From Candidatus Parvarchaeota archaeon (GTDB lineage Archaea; Nanobdellota; Nanobdellia; WJKC01): a stretch of 44,326 nt of DNA. The DNA is taken from contig JAUWZX010000004.1 in assembly GCA_030615175.1 (NCBI GenBank), forward strand, positions 1-44,326. The letters are read 5' to 3'. Positions 28,652 to 37,767 of the stretch are shown in pieces. Each line of letters begins with the position of its first letter. Positions within the stretch are counted from its first letter, which is position 1. Made by a program: the position numbers and the translations under genes. The notes beneath the pieces were generated by a model. That model searched no databases. It was not told the DNA's origin and saw only the letters and a program-made list of their open reading frames with translations.

Positions 28652-29140
28652 ATGAATATTAACAAAGCGCATTACGTTGTTGTTACAGGCATAATCATAA
28701 AGGACGGGAAATTCTTAATCACTAAAAGAGCGCCAACAGAAAAAGCATTCCCGAACTTATGGACTGTCCCTGGAGGCAAATTAGAATTAAAAGATTATGA
28801 AGGCAGGCAGAAAGACACTAACTCCCACTGGTATAACATATTTGAAGAATTACTGAAAAGAGAGGTTAAGGAGGAAACGAGTCTGGACATTAAGAACATT
28901 AAATACTTAACAAGCCTTGTTTTCATAAGACCTGACGGAATACCAACAGTAGTTGTCAGCTTATTCGCAGAACACTATAATGGTGCAGTAAAATTAAATG
29001 ATGAGTCAATAGATTACGCCTGGGTGACATTAGATGAAGCAAGAAATTATGAATTAATTGACGGGATTTACGAAGAACTGGAAATGCTTGACAAGCACTT
29101 GAAAGGAGGGCAAATAATTGAATGGAAAAAAAGAATTTAA
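28652..29140 (+). CDS. Nudix hydrolase
   Basis: WTVPGGKLE...insert...[11 protein letters not shown]. Confidence 0.9.
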   Translation: MNINKAHYVVVTGIIIKDGKFLITKRAPTEKAFPNLWTVPGGKLELKDYEGRQKDTNSHWYNIFEELLKREVKEETSLDIKNIKYLTSLVFIRPDGIPTVVVSLFAEHYNGAVKLNDESIDYAWVTLDEARNYELIDGIYEELEMLDKHLKGGQIIEWKKRI

Positions 29141-30138
29141 TCCTCAATTCCCTTCTCAGTGACCCTGAAAATGCATTCACCGTCAGGAAGGCATGGACTA
29201 TCTATTAAGCGCGCTATCCTCTTATCGCCACGGGACTTGCGCAAGTACAGTCTGTACGTCGAGGCGTGCGCAAGTATGTTCCCACCGACAGCAGTGGTTG
29301 GGTCTCCGAAGAAAACATCAGGACGCGAAATGGCTTGATTAGTCACGAAAACTGCAATATTATAACGGTCAGCAAGCCGTTGAAGCAAGTGCAAGTGCTT
29401 GTTCAGTTTCTGCTGTCGGTCAGCCAGAGTGCCCCTGCCAATATACTCAGCGCGGAAAAGGCCTGTAAGTGAATCAATAATAATTATTTTAATAGGCCTG
29501 CCTTTCTTTTCTATTAAATCAGGAATTTTCTCAGCCAACAGCATTTGATGGTCTGTTGAGAACGCGCGGGCAACATGAATGCGGGATAATACTTTCTTAG
29601 GGTCAAGACCTCTGTGGCGCGCTAATTCATCAATTCGCCTGGTGCGGAAAGTATTCTCAGAATCAATAAGTATTGCGTCACCATCAAGACCGCCATCCTT
29701 CTCAGGTAACTGGACAGTAACGCATAACTGGAATGCTAATTGCGACTTTCCTGAACCAAACTTACCGAATACTTCTGTAATGCTCTGACTTTCAATGCCT
29801 TTACCGCCTAATAACTTGTCAAACTCATTGCTGCCAGTAGTTACGTAAGTCATAGAATCATTCTTCTCCATTAACTCAATGCCTGTTAAGAAATTCATAT
29901 TAAGACGCGAGCGCGCTTCATTAACTATTTTACGAGCAGTTGCCTCGCCAAGGTCAGCAGCGTCAGCAACTTCCCTGACAGGAGCAGTAGCTAAAGCCAT
30001 TAAGTCAATGAATCCTGCCTCTTCAAGTTTTTCAGCAGTCTTCGGGCCAACACCAGGCAAGGTCTCAATATCAACTACTTCAGGACTATCAATTACTTTC
30101 GGACTATCAATTACTTCTTCCTTGTCCTTTTCAGCCAT
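29137..30138 (-). CDS. radA: DNA repair and recombination protein RadA
   Basis: LPGVGP Hh[43 protein letters not shown]. Confidence 0.97.
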   Translation of the reverse strand: MAEKDKEEVIDSPKVIDSPEVVDIETLPGVGPKTAEKLEEAGFIDLMALATAPVREVADAADLGEATARKIVNEARSRLNMNFLTGIELMEKNDSMTYVTTGSNEFDKLLGGKGIESQSITEVFGKFGSGKSQLAFQLCVTVQLPEKDGGLDGDAILIDSENTFRTRRIDELARHRGLDPKKVLSRIHVARAFSTDHQMLLAEKIPDLIEKKGRPIKIIIIDSLTGLFRAEYIGRGTLADRQQKLNKHLHLLQRLADRYNIAVFVTNQAISRPDVFFGDPTTAVGGNILAHASTYRLYLRKSRGDKRIARLIDSPCLPDGECIFRVTEKGIED

Positions 30139-30175
30139 GATTAAGAACTTAAAAAGGAGTACTTAAAAAAGATTT

Positions 30176-30204
30176 GGATACCCTGTGTCCTGTTTTCCGG
30201 TAAT
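30176..30204 (-). promoter_or_regulatory. 29-bp operator-like motif, copy C, upstream of radA TATA box
   Basis: Reverse complement ATTACCGGAAAACAGGACACAGGGTATCC, followed by AAATCTTTTTTAAGTA and radA ATG. Confidence 0.82.
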
Positions 30205-30253
30205 CTGATAGAAAAGCAAATATATTAAAACTAATACTAACTGGAAAACGGGT

Positions 30254-30652
30254 ATGACAGGAGAAGATTATTTTAAAAAATTATTAAAGAAAGCTAAAAA
30301 GGAAGGGAAATCAGTCCCTGCAGAGGAAGTCTTAGAGAAATTCTCAGAAGCAGTCAAGGAAAGACAGCACATGACGAGAGTAGCTCTATGCAATTTACTT
30401 CTTAAACTGGAAATCAGTGACTTAGCGCAGCTAACTAAAAATGATTTCGTTAAAAAAGGAGTTATTGAAAACATTAAAGTCACCATTGACGCCTGCAAAT
30501 TTCTAGAAGACACTTATGAAACGCTTTACCTCCTGACCACGCATCCTGAAAGATATAATACCTGGAAAATTAATGCTGAAGAAGGACCTGTCTACCTTGC
30601 TGACTTAAAGGATGAATATAAAAAGAATGATAACAGTTTCTTATACATATAG
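30254..30652 (+). CDS. Hypothetical protein divergent from radA
   Basis: 132-aa ORF, ATG start. Confidence 0.7.
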   Translation: MTGEDYFKKLLKKAKKEGKSVPAEEVLEKFSEAVKERQHMTRVALCNLLLKLEISDLAQLTKNDFVKKGVIENIKVTIDACKFLEDTYETLYLLTTHPERYNTWKINAEEGPVYLADLKDEYKKNDNSFLYI

Positions 30653-30668
30653 ACCTTTATAATCATAC

Positions 30669-33086
30669 TTACTTTGCGCCAGACTCAACGCCATAAATAT
30701 TCAGCGTGCTGAGAAATTTTTCAACTAATTCAGGATTCTTATCCGCCTCAATAACGAATTCCAAGGTTAAAGGTATCATCGTTACCTCTCCCTTCTTAAA
30801 ACCGTCAACAGGCAATCCAACCAAGTAAAAAGAAGTAACTGAACTTGGAAGGGTTTTCATGTACTTATACTCATTATCACCCTGCGTTGAACCATTCTGC
30901 ACTTGTAATGCCCCGTTATAAATAATGTATTTCGGCTTGTGAGTGTGCCCGTTCAAAATAACATCATACTTTAACCTTGCCTTCTCCATAGCACTTATCA
31001 TTAAACGCTCCTCATCATTAGATGAATTATGACTTTTATGCATTGCCAGACAATTATAATCATAACGGTCTTTAATCCCGAAATGATAATACGTAACACC
31101 AGTTCCCTGCCCCTTTGCTCCAACCCTAATCCTGTAATTATCATCCATGTCAAGTCCTAGAAAAAGCCTTGTCTCTCTTGAAAGACTTTCAGGAATTTTC
31201 AGCCCGGTACCCTTAACAGTCTGGAATTCATGCCCTCCACCAACATTCACTTTAATAGGACCATAATACCCTATTTTTTCACCAAAAGCCATCATCCTCC
31301 TATAATCATCACTCCACATTATGACTTCCTTATGAACCCATTGCTTCATCTGATTCTCAATCAAAGGCATATTCTGGCAATCCATGTTCAAGCGAAGCAA
31401 TTCAATTTCACTTGGAGGATGCTCTTTAAAGTGCTGACCTAACTCTCCTTCATAATACCTTTCAAAGTCCCCGCCATCTTCAAGGTTAAGCATCATTTTA
31501 TCAAACTGGAATCCCTCCTTATAATAGTCATGCTCTTCATGATGAATCGGGTAATTAGCTGCCTGCAATAACTCCCCGCAGTCAACTTCACAGACTAAGT
31601 TAGGAATTAAGTGCTTGACCATGTTATACAAGTCATTAGCGTTAATGAACCTGTACCTAAACTCTCTAAATCCAATCCTATTAAAGTTCTCAGCCAATTG
31701 CTCATGCTCTTCATCAATGAAAAACACTTTCTTAGTATGCTGGCTCGTCTCATGCATGTCTCCTTTATGCAAAATCAACATTAAAGGTGAATTAACAAGT
31801 TCTTCCAACTTGCTTTTTGACCATTTATCCTTAAATTTTCTGTCATATATTTCACGAAATTTTTCAAGATATATGAATTGATTAATAGTCTGCGTCTCGT
31901 GAACAAAGCTTGCAAGAACAGCTCCTGAAGTTACTTTAAATTTTTTAAACATTTTAAGCACAGAATCATTCGGGCGTCTTGGCAAATCCATTAACTCCTC
32001 CTTTTTCTTAACAAATGGAGGCATCACGTTTGAGAAGATATATCTTTCAACACTAATACTTGGTATAACAATCTCATCCACCTTATACGTTGAATCATGA
32101 GACACATCCCTTAACGTTCTCTGACTCATAAAACCGTTCAATCCGCCTGATGCAAAATACCTTGGCACAAGCTCTCCTTCAATCATCTTACCTTTCAAGT
32201 AATTCTCTAATTCCACTGCAGCATTCCTGCTTGGAACATCAGTTCCTTGAGTAACGTTATACCTGAATTCAACAGAAGTATTATTTACATCAAATCTTCC
32301 AACGCCATCCAGCAAATGAAGATTAGGTATTGACTCTAAAATATCTTTAAGTTCTTCTTTCTTCTCAGCATATAATATTTTTATTCTATTAAAATTACTC
32401 ATAATAACTCTCTTCTTAAACACATTAAGTTCATCTATCTGCCTCTGATTCCTCCTCATCATCAAATTCTTTGTACGATCCTTCATCCTCCCGTCTTTAC
32501 TTATCTTCTTATTTTTATTTTTAAGCTTTCTAATAGTGTTTTCAACCTTATTCCTGTCTCTCCTCACTTCCTTCCTAATCTCATCATTCGTCAATGATAA
32601 TAGGGTATCATACTCAGAGAATCCTAGCACGAGGTAAATCGGAATCTTATACTTCTTATTTAATTTGAATAAACTAACTAATTCAGATTTTAATGATTCC
32701 AATATCTCCCTTGTCAGTATATACTTTTTACTCCATCCCTCATCTTCAAGTATTTCAGGCAGGTATATGTCCTTGTCTTTAACATAATACTCCTGAGTCT
32801 GCGCTCTCAGTATTTTAAGCTTGCTGTGCTTCCTTAAATCCATGTGAAATAAGTCGCCTGTTATGAATACAGCATCAACATCCCTTAAATTACAATACTC
32901 GAGTAACCCATGAAACTCCTCTCTTGGAAAGTATTCAAGCCCGAATCTAGGAGTGTTTAAGAACATGACTTTAGGGATTTCATTCTTCGTTATAAGCTTC
33001 CTGTAATCAGGATATAATTCACTTTCAGGAAGATTCTCATAATCATACTTTTCAAACTCATCTCTTAATTTAGTATCAAGAGTCAA
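30669..33086 (-). CDS. Large protein with two calcineurin-like phosphoesterase-type domains
   Basis: TTG start with GGAGG SD; N-half DAVFITGDLFH; C-half GDMH, DCGE, GGHE, MHK, NGHTH. Confidence 0.72.
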   Translation of the reverse strand: MTLDTKLRDEFEKYDYENLPESELYPDYRKLITKNEIPKVMFLNTPRFGLEYFPREEFHGLLEYCNLRDVDAVFITGDLFHMDLRKHSKLKILRAQTQEYYVKDKDIYLPEILEDEGWSKKYILTREILESLKSELVSLFKLNKKYKIPIYLVLGFSEYDTLLSLTNDEIRKEVRRDRNKVENTIRKLKNKNKKISKDGRMKDRTKNLMMRRNQRQIDELNVFKKRVIMSNFNRIKILYAEKKEELKDILESIPNLHLLDGVGRFDVNNTSVEFRYNVTQGTDVPSRNAAVELENYLKGKMIEGELVPRYFASGGLNGFMSQRTLRDVSHDSTYKVDEIVIPSISVERYIFSNVMPPFVKKKEELMDLPRRPNDSVLKMFKKFKVTSGAVLASFVHETQTINQFIYLEKFREIYDRKFKDKWSKSKLEELVNSPLMLILHKGDMHETSQHTKKVFFIDEEHEQLAENFNRIGFREFRYRFINANDLYNMVKHLIPNLVCEVDCGELLQAANYPIHHEEHDYYKEGFQFDKMMLNLEDGGDFERYYEGELGQHFKEHPPSEIELLRLNMDCQNMPLIENQMKQWVHKEVIMWSDDYRRMMAFGEKIGYYGPIKVNVGGGHEFQTVKGTGLKIPESLSRETRLFLGLDMDDNYRIRVGAKGQGTGVTYYHFGIKDRYDYNCLAMHKSHNSSNDEERLMISAMEKARLKYDVILNGHTHKPKYIIYNGALQVQNGSTQGDNEYKYMKTLPSSVTSFYLVGLPVDGFKKGEVTMIPLTLEFVIEADKNPELVEKFLSTLNIYGVESGAK

Positions 33087-33210
33087 TTATCATCCCCCCT
33101 CCATATACTTAAAACAAAATCCTCTCATCTTTTTTAAGTTTTTAACTTCTTCACAACATATTTCTATACTAAAGAAATCCTTAAAAGGAAGTCTCATATT
33201 AATCTCACAC

Positions 33211-33735
33211 ATGCCAGAGGAATACAAATTCTGTGATTACATTGATGAGGATGATGATGAAAGGGGCTGCCTGGCTCACCCGTATGAATATATAACTTAC
33301 AGGGAAACAGGCATAGAACCAACCAAATGCTCATTTAAGATGCGCGATATAAGAATTGATGAGAAAGGAGGATATTACATAACTCACAAAGGCAGGCCAG
33401 TAGGGGAATGCATTGACTTCTCAATAGTAATGAATGAACAGGAGAACAAAGAGAAACTTAAGAAATTACTTGAAGAATGGAAGAAAAAACGCGAGTTCTG
33501 CGATTACATGGGTGATAAAGGAATAAAATGCCTTAAAGACGTGCACGAATTAGTATATAATCCAGACATAAAAATGCCTGAATGCAGTTTTAATATTAAT
33601 GAAATCAAGACTGATGAAAAAGGAGAATACTACATAACTCACAAAGGCAAGGGTTTAGGGGAGTGCGTTGACTTCTCAATAGTAATGAATAAGCCTGAAA
33701 ATAAGGCAAAACTTGAAAGATTACTTGAGGACTGA
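33211..33735 (+). CDS. Hypothetical protein made of two Cys-rich repeats
   Basis: FCDY...C...CSF...DEKG.YYITHKG...GEC.DFSIVMN..ENK.KL twice. Confidence 0.8.
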   Translation: MPEEYKFCDYIDEDDDERGCLAHPYEYITYRETGIEPTKCSFKMRDIRIDEKGGYYITHKGRPVGECIDFSIVMNEQENKEKLKKLLEEWKKKREFCDYMGDKGIKCLKDVHELVYNPDIKMPECSFNINEIKTDEKGEYYITHKGKGLGECVDFSIVMNKPENKAKLERLLED

Positions 33736-33739
33736 ATAA

Positions 33740-34093
33740 ATGAATGAAGAAGACAATATAATAGAGAAACTTCATGGACACCCAAGGTTTTACGAATACC
33801 TTAATAGGATGGCCAGCATTCACTCAGCCAAGAATCATGACTACGCTAAGAGTGACGACCCGTTAAGCAATCTTAAATTAACCGAGGTAATGGGCTGGGT
33901 TCCCGGATGGCAGAGCGTGATAGTAAGACTAGGCGACAAGTTATGCCGATTAGTTAACTTTGCAAAAAAAGGCGAGTTCAAAGTAACGAATGAATCATTC
34001 ATTGATACGTGTATTGACCTGGCTAATTACGCAATCCTATGCGCAATACTATTTGAAGAGCGCAAAACCCTGTCTGAGAATGATAATAAATAA
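33740..34093 (+). CDS. DUF1599 / nucleotide-modification-associated domain protein
   Basis: KNHDY, DPLSN, VRLGDKL.RL, ES..DT..DLANYAI. Confidence 0.85.
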   Translation: MNEEDNIIEKLHGHPRFYEYLNRMASIHSAKNHDYAKSDDPLSNLKLTEVMGWVPGWQSVIVRLGDKLCRLVNFAKKGEFKVTNESFIDTCIDLANYAILCAILFEERKTLSENDNK

Positions 34094-34240
34094 AGGATAA
34101 CGCAGACGTTTTCTAACTATTATTAAAAAATTTTTACAGGTTTTTTACCTTACTTTTAAAGACTATTATAAAATTATTCATAATGGTTTTGCTGTTTTTT
34201 CAAAAATCATTTTTAATAATGGATTGCTATAATCATTAAG

Positions 34241-35395
34241 ATGAACAGGGTTCTTAAAAAAGTGTCAACTCCTTTTGAACAAATAAAGCCAGACGCTGCC
34301 ATCCTAATAGTTAACTTATTTGACCCGCAGATAAACACGATGAAAGTCTTCTTAGAAGCCGTAACGGAATCCGACCTCCCATACTTAGTTATTGGCAATA
34401 AGTTAGACTTAATTAATGGCAACCCAATAATCAATGAAGTTAGGAAAGGAATCAGCCCAGACCTTATCCTAACTTCAATGATGACGAACAGCGGGTTAGA
34501 GCAGGTAAGGAATGAGATTAAGGAAAAGTTCAAGCCAGGCAGTAAAATCATTGTGCTCGGAGTGTTTAACAGCGGCAAGACAAGCCTGATTAGCAATCTG
34601 ACAGGCATGGACTTAAAGATTAGCGACTTACCAGGCACCACACTGGAATTCACGAAACATGAATACAATGATTACACATTAATTGACACGGTAGGGCAAG
34701 TCATTGACGTGAACAAGCCATTAATGGTAAGCATTGACTTCTCAGGATGCAAAACAATAGAGGACAGGGTTTCAAGGGTTTTAAAAGAGGATGCTAATGG
34801 AATACTATCAACCTTGGAACTCGCTGTCCCCAGCATAAAAGAAGCTGTTAAAATTTTAAAAGAAAGGGTTGATAATGGAAATAAAATCATTGTCACTGGC
34901 GCAGGCGCTTCCGCCTTGGTTGCCATGGAAATGGCAGGGCAGGGAATTGAAACAGGTCTGCCAATAATGGTCTTCACTAATAACTTAACTGAAATGCAGC
35001 CAGTCTCCTTTGCAAAAGGGATTGGTGAGGAGGAAGCAGGCCTGTCAAGGTATATTACATTAATCATTAATGAAGGCGACGTCATGATTGGAGTGTCAGC
35101 GAGCGGTGGAACCGGGTTTGTTTATGATGCATTAAGGAAAGCCAGGCATAAAGGAGCAGTTACTATTGCCATCACTGAAAATCCTGACACACCTTTAGGC
35201 AAGTCAGCTGACTACATAATAAAGAGTAATGCCAAGCCAGAAGGTCCTTCCTCATCAAAGATACAGGCAGCTCACTTAGCAATCGGGCATGCCTTAATCC
35301 TGACCCTGGCTGATGAGAGAGGCATTACTGCAGATGAATCAATTAAGTTCATGCTTCATGAGAAAGTTCCAACAAAGAAGATGGGAATAAAATAA
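34241..35395 (+). CDS. Circularly permuted GTPase fused to SIS (GmhA-like sugar isomerase) domain
   Basis: NKLD before GVFNSGKTS, PGTT, DTVG; then GAGAS, GDVMIGVSASG, ADYII, IQAAHLAIGH. Confidence 0.85.
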   Translation: MNRVLKKVSTPFEQIKPDAAILIVNLFDPQINTMKVFLEAVTESDLPYLVIGNKLDLINGNPIINEVRKGISPDLILTSMMTNSGLEQVRNEIKEKFKPGSKIIVLGVFNSGKTSLISNLTGMDLKISDLPGTTLEFTKHEYNDYTLIDTVGQVIDVNKPLMVSIDFSGCKTIEDRVSRVLKEDANGILSTLELAVPSIKEAVKILKERVDNGNKIIVTGAGASALVAMEMAGQGIETGLPIMVFTNNLTEMQPVSFAKGIGEEEAGLSRYITLIINEGDVMIGVSASGGTGFVYDALRKARHKGAVTIAITENPDTPLGKSADYIIKSNAKPEGPSSSKIQAAHLAIGHALILTLADERGITADESIKFMLHEKVPTKKMGIK

Positions 35396-35430
35396 AAAAA
35401 AAATAAAAAAATCTTTCTTTTACACTGAGA

Positions 35431-35781
35431 TTACTTCTTAGCCTTCCCTTCTGGTTCAACTTCCTCTTCTGCAGGAGCAGCCTCTTCTGCTGGTGCTGCC
35501 GGAGGTGCTTCCACTTTTGGAATCTTAGCTGCTTCTTTCTTAATCTCAGCTAACTTCTCTATTAAGAAGTCAATTACGTTGTCATCAACTTGGAATCCTA
35601 AAGACCTCTTATACCTCTTGCTTCCACCCCTATCAGTGTATCCTTTGCTGACACTGATGAAGTGAACTCCATCTCCAGTACTCTTTAGTGCAACTTCTAT
35701 GAAATTGCGTGTTCCGTAATCAACTGTAAAACTTTTTATGGTTATAAAACTTGGTCTCTCGCCTTCCATAAATTCCTTCAC
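35431..35781 (-). CDS. Hypothetical protein, possibly PC4/PUR-like nucleic-acid-binding fold with acidic Ala/Pro tail
   Basis: NFIEVA...FISVSKGY....GSKRYKRS; BRE-TATA (CCGAAATCTTTAAAA) upstream on minus strand; start may be 35769. Confidence 0.7.
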   Translation of the reverse strand: MKEFMEGERPSFITIKSFTVDYGTRNFIEVALKSTGDGVHFISVSKGYTDRGGSKRYKRSLGFQVDDNVIDFLIEKLAEIKKEAAKIPKVEAPPAAPAEEAAPAEEEVEPEGKAKK

Positions 35782-35846
35782 CTTCTAAACTCCGTGTTAA
35801 TACGAGGATAATGGGAGAAGGGTTTTTAAAGATTTCGGTAAAGACT

Positions 35847-35908
35847 TTTTTGATCAAACTTTTCTTTTAAAAGTTTGTTTTTGATCAAACTTTTTTCTAA
35901 AAAGTTTG
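35847..35908. repeat. Two tandem 31-bp palindromic units (REP-like)
   Basis: TTTTTGATCAAACTTTTCTTTTAAAAGTTTG + TTTTTGATCAAACTTTTTTCTAAAAAGTTTG. Confidence 0.9.
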
Positions 35909-35959
35909 TGATGGAGGGTTTAAATATTTAAGTACTGACTTATTTAAAGGTGATTAATT

Positions 35960-37384
35960 ATGGTATTAAAAATTTATAATACGATGACGCGGAAGAAAGA
36001 AGTGTTCAAGACTTTAAAGCCTAAAGAAGTGAAAATTTATACTTGCGGTCAGACTGTTTATGATGAATTACATGTTGGTAATGCAAAAACGTACGGTATA
36101 TGGGATATTATTGTCCGTTACCTGCGGTTTAAGGATTATGATGTTTTCCACGTTCAGAACTTCACTGACGTCGGCCACTTAACTGATGATGGTGACGAGG
36201 GAGAGGATAAGATTGAGAAAAGAGCTCGTCTGAAAAGGATTGAGCCAATGGAACTCGTTGACCAGCAGATAAGAGAGTACTGGCTTGACATTGATGAATT
36301 AAACATTGCCCGCCCGAACATTAGTCCCAGAGCAACACAGCACATTATTGAAATGCAGGAATTAATTAAGAAATTATTAAGTAAAGGTTATGCTTATGAA
36401 GTAAGCGGCAATGTTTACTTTAACACCAGCAAGTTCAAAGATTACGGCAAGCTAGCTCGCTTATCATTAAAGGATTTGAAGGCAGGAGCGCGGGTAGAGA
36501 TTGACCCTAATAAGAATCATCCAAGAGATTTTGCTTTATGGCTTAAAGCGCCTTCAAAGCACATAATGAAGTGGTCAAGCCCCTGGAGTATTGGCTACCC
36601 TGGATGGCATCTCGAGTGCTCAGTCATGGCTATGAAGTACTTAGGTGACACTATTGACGTTCATGGCGGAGGAATTGACCATATACCAGTACATCACACT
36701 AATGAGATTGCACAGTCAGAGGCAGTTACTGGCAAGACTTACTCTAAATACTGGCTTCACAATGCTTTCATTACTATTAACGGGGAGAAGATGAGCAAGT
36801 CTAAAGGCAACTTCATCACTGCACGCGACGCTATTAATAAGTGGGGTGCCATGGTCGTACGGTTAGCACTGGCCAGCGGTCATTACAGGAGCCAGATTGA
36901 TTATAATAATGGTTTATTAACAACTGCCAAGAATAACTTAGAGCGCGTTCGAAACACTATTGAACATATTAATAATGCTTCACCAGGCAGGAATAATGAA
37001 TTATTAAAGATTGTTAAAGCAGCAAGGAAGGCATTCATTGAAGCAATGGATGATGACTTTAACACTCCTAAAGCCCTGGCAGTTATTTACGCATTCATTA
37101 AAAAAGTTAATAAATCCATTAATAAGGCAAGCAATAAATCACTTAACGCTTCAAAGGATTTAATTATTAAGTTAATGGGCGTGCTTGGAGTTGATTTAAC
37201 GCGCAAAGAAGAGGCAGTTGAATTAACTGATGATTTAATCAAGTTATTAATCAGAATGAGGGATGAGGCGCGGAAGAGAAAGGATTATAAGATTAGTGAC
37301 AGGATTCGCTTAAGCCTTAAAAAATTAGGAGTCATTATTGAGGATTCTCCTAAGGGTTCAAGGTATAAGATTATAAATCCTTAA
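35960..37384 (+). CDS. cysS: Cysteine--tRNA ligase
   Basis: CGQTVY..LHVGN, PGWHLECS, HGGG.D...HH.NE, KMSKS. Confidence 0.97.
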   Translation: MVLKIYNTMTRKKEVFKTLKPKEVKIYTCGQTVYDELHVGNAKTYGIWDIIVRYLRFKDYDVFHVQNFTDVGHLTDDGDEGEDKIEKRARLKRIEPMELVDQQIREYWLDIDELNIARPNISPRATQHIIEMQELIKKLLSKGYAYEVSGNVYFNTSKFKDYGKLARLSLKDLKAGARVEIDPNKNHPRDFALWLKAPSKHIMKWSSPWSIGYPGWHLECSVMAMKYLGDTIDVHGGGIDHIPVHHTNEIAQSEAVTGKTYSKYWLHNAFITINGEKMSKSKGNFITARDAINKWGAMVVRLALASGHYRSQIDYNNGLLTTAKNNLERVRNTIEHINNASPGRNNELLKIVKAARKAFIEAMDDDFNTPKALAVIYAFIKKVNKSINKASNKSLNASKDLIIKLMGVLGVDLTRKEEAVELTDDLIKLLIRMRDEARKRKDYKISDRIRLSLKKLGVIIEDSPKGSRYKIINP

Positions 37385-37403
37385 AAACAATTAATTAATA
37401 ATT

Positions 37404-37475
37404 GCCAGGGTAGCAAAGTGGTTATGCGCTCGCCTGCAGAGCGGGTTTACGCGAGTTCGAATCTCGCCCCTGGCT
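37404..37475 (+). tRNA. tRNA-Cys(GCA), no intron, CCA not encoded
   Basis: Acceptor GCCAGGG/CCCTGGC, anticodon arm CTCGC-CTGCAGA-GCGGG, T arm GCGAG-TTCGAAT-CTCGC, U73. Confidence 0.97.
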
Positions 37476-37511
37476 TTATTTTTAGAATTATTTATATTTA
37501 TCAACAAAGTA

Positions 37512-37748
37512 ATGCTTTCTATGGAAGTCTTTGAGATTACAATAAAGAAGATTCCATACGCTCCTGATTCATTCAAAAGACGCGTCAGCGAGAAATACAT
37601 TATTACCAGAATATTCAGTAAAGATAAATTAGTGAATAAAAAAGGATTATATCCTGGAATAATTATTCCTGACAATTATAATAAAAAAGTGTTAAGCATT
37701 AATTATAATCAAAAAGTGTTAATCATGAATACTAATAATCAGAAATAG
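37512..37748 (+). CDS. Small hypothetical protein or gene fragment
   Basis: 78-aa ORF whose C-terminus is encoded by tandem repeats. Confidence 0.4.
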   Translation: MLSMEVFEITIKKIPYAPDSFKRRVSEKYIITRIFSKDKLVNKKGLYPGIIIPDNYNKKVLSINYNQKVLIMNTNNQK

Positions 37749-37767
37749 TTAATCATGAATACTAATC
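37674..37767 (+). repeat. Degenerate 27-30 bp tandem repeat, about 3.3 units
   Basis: AATTATAATAAAAAAGTGTTAAGCATT / AATTATAATCAAAAAGTGTTAATCATG / AATACTAATAATCAGAAATAGTTAATCATG / AATACTAATC. Confidence 0.8.

Noticed and set aside
35847..35908. Possible CRISPR array
   Set aside because: Only two abutting units, no spacer between them and no cas genes in the window
37391..37675. 94-aa minus-strand ORF
   Set aside because: Runs antisense through tRNA-Cys
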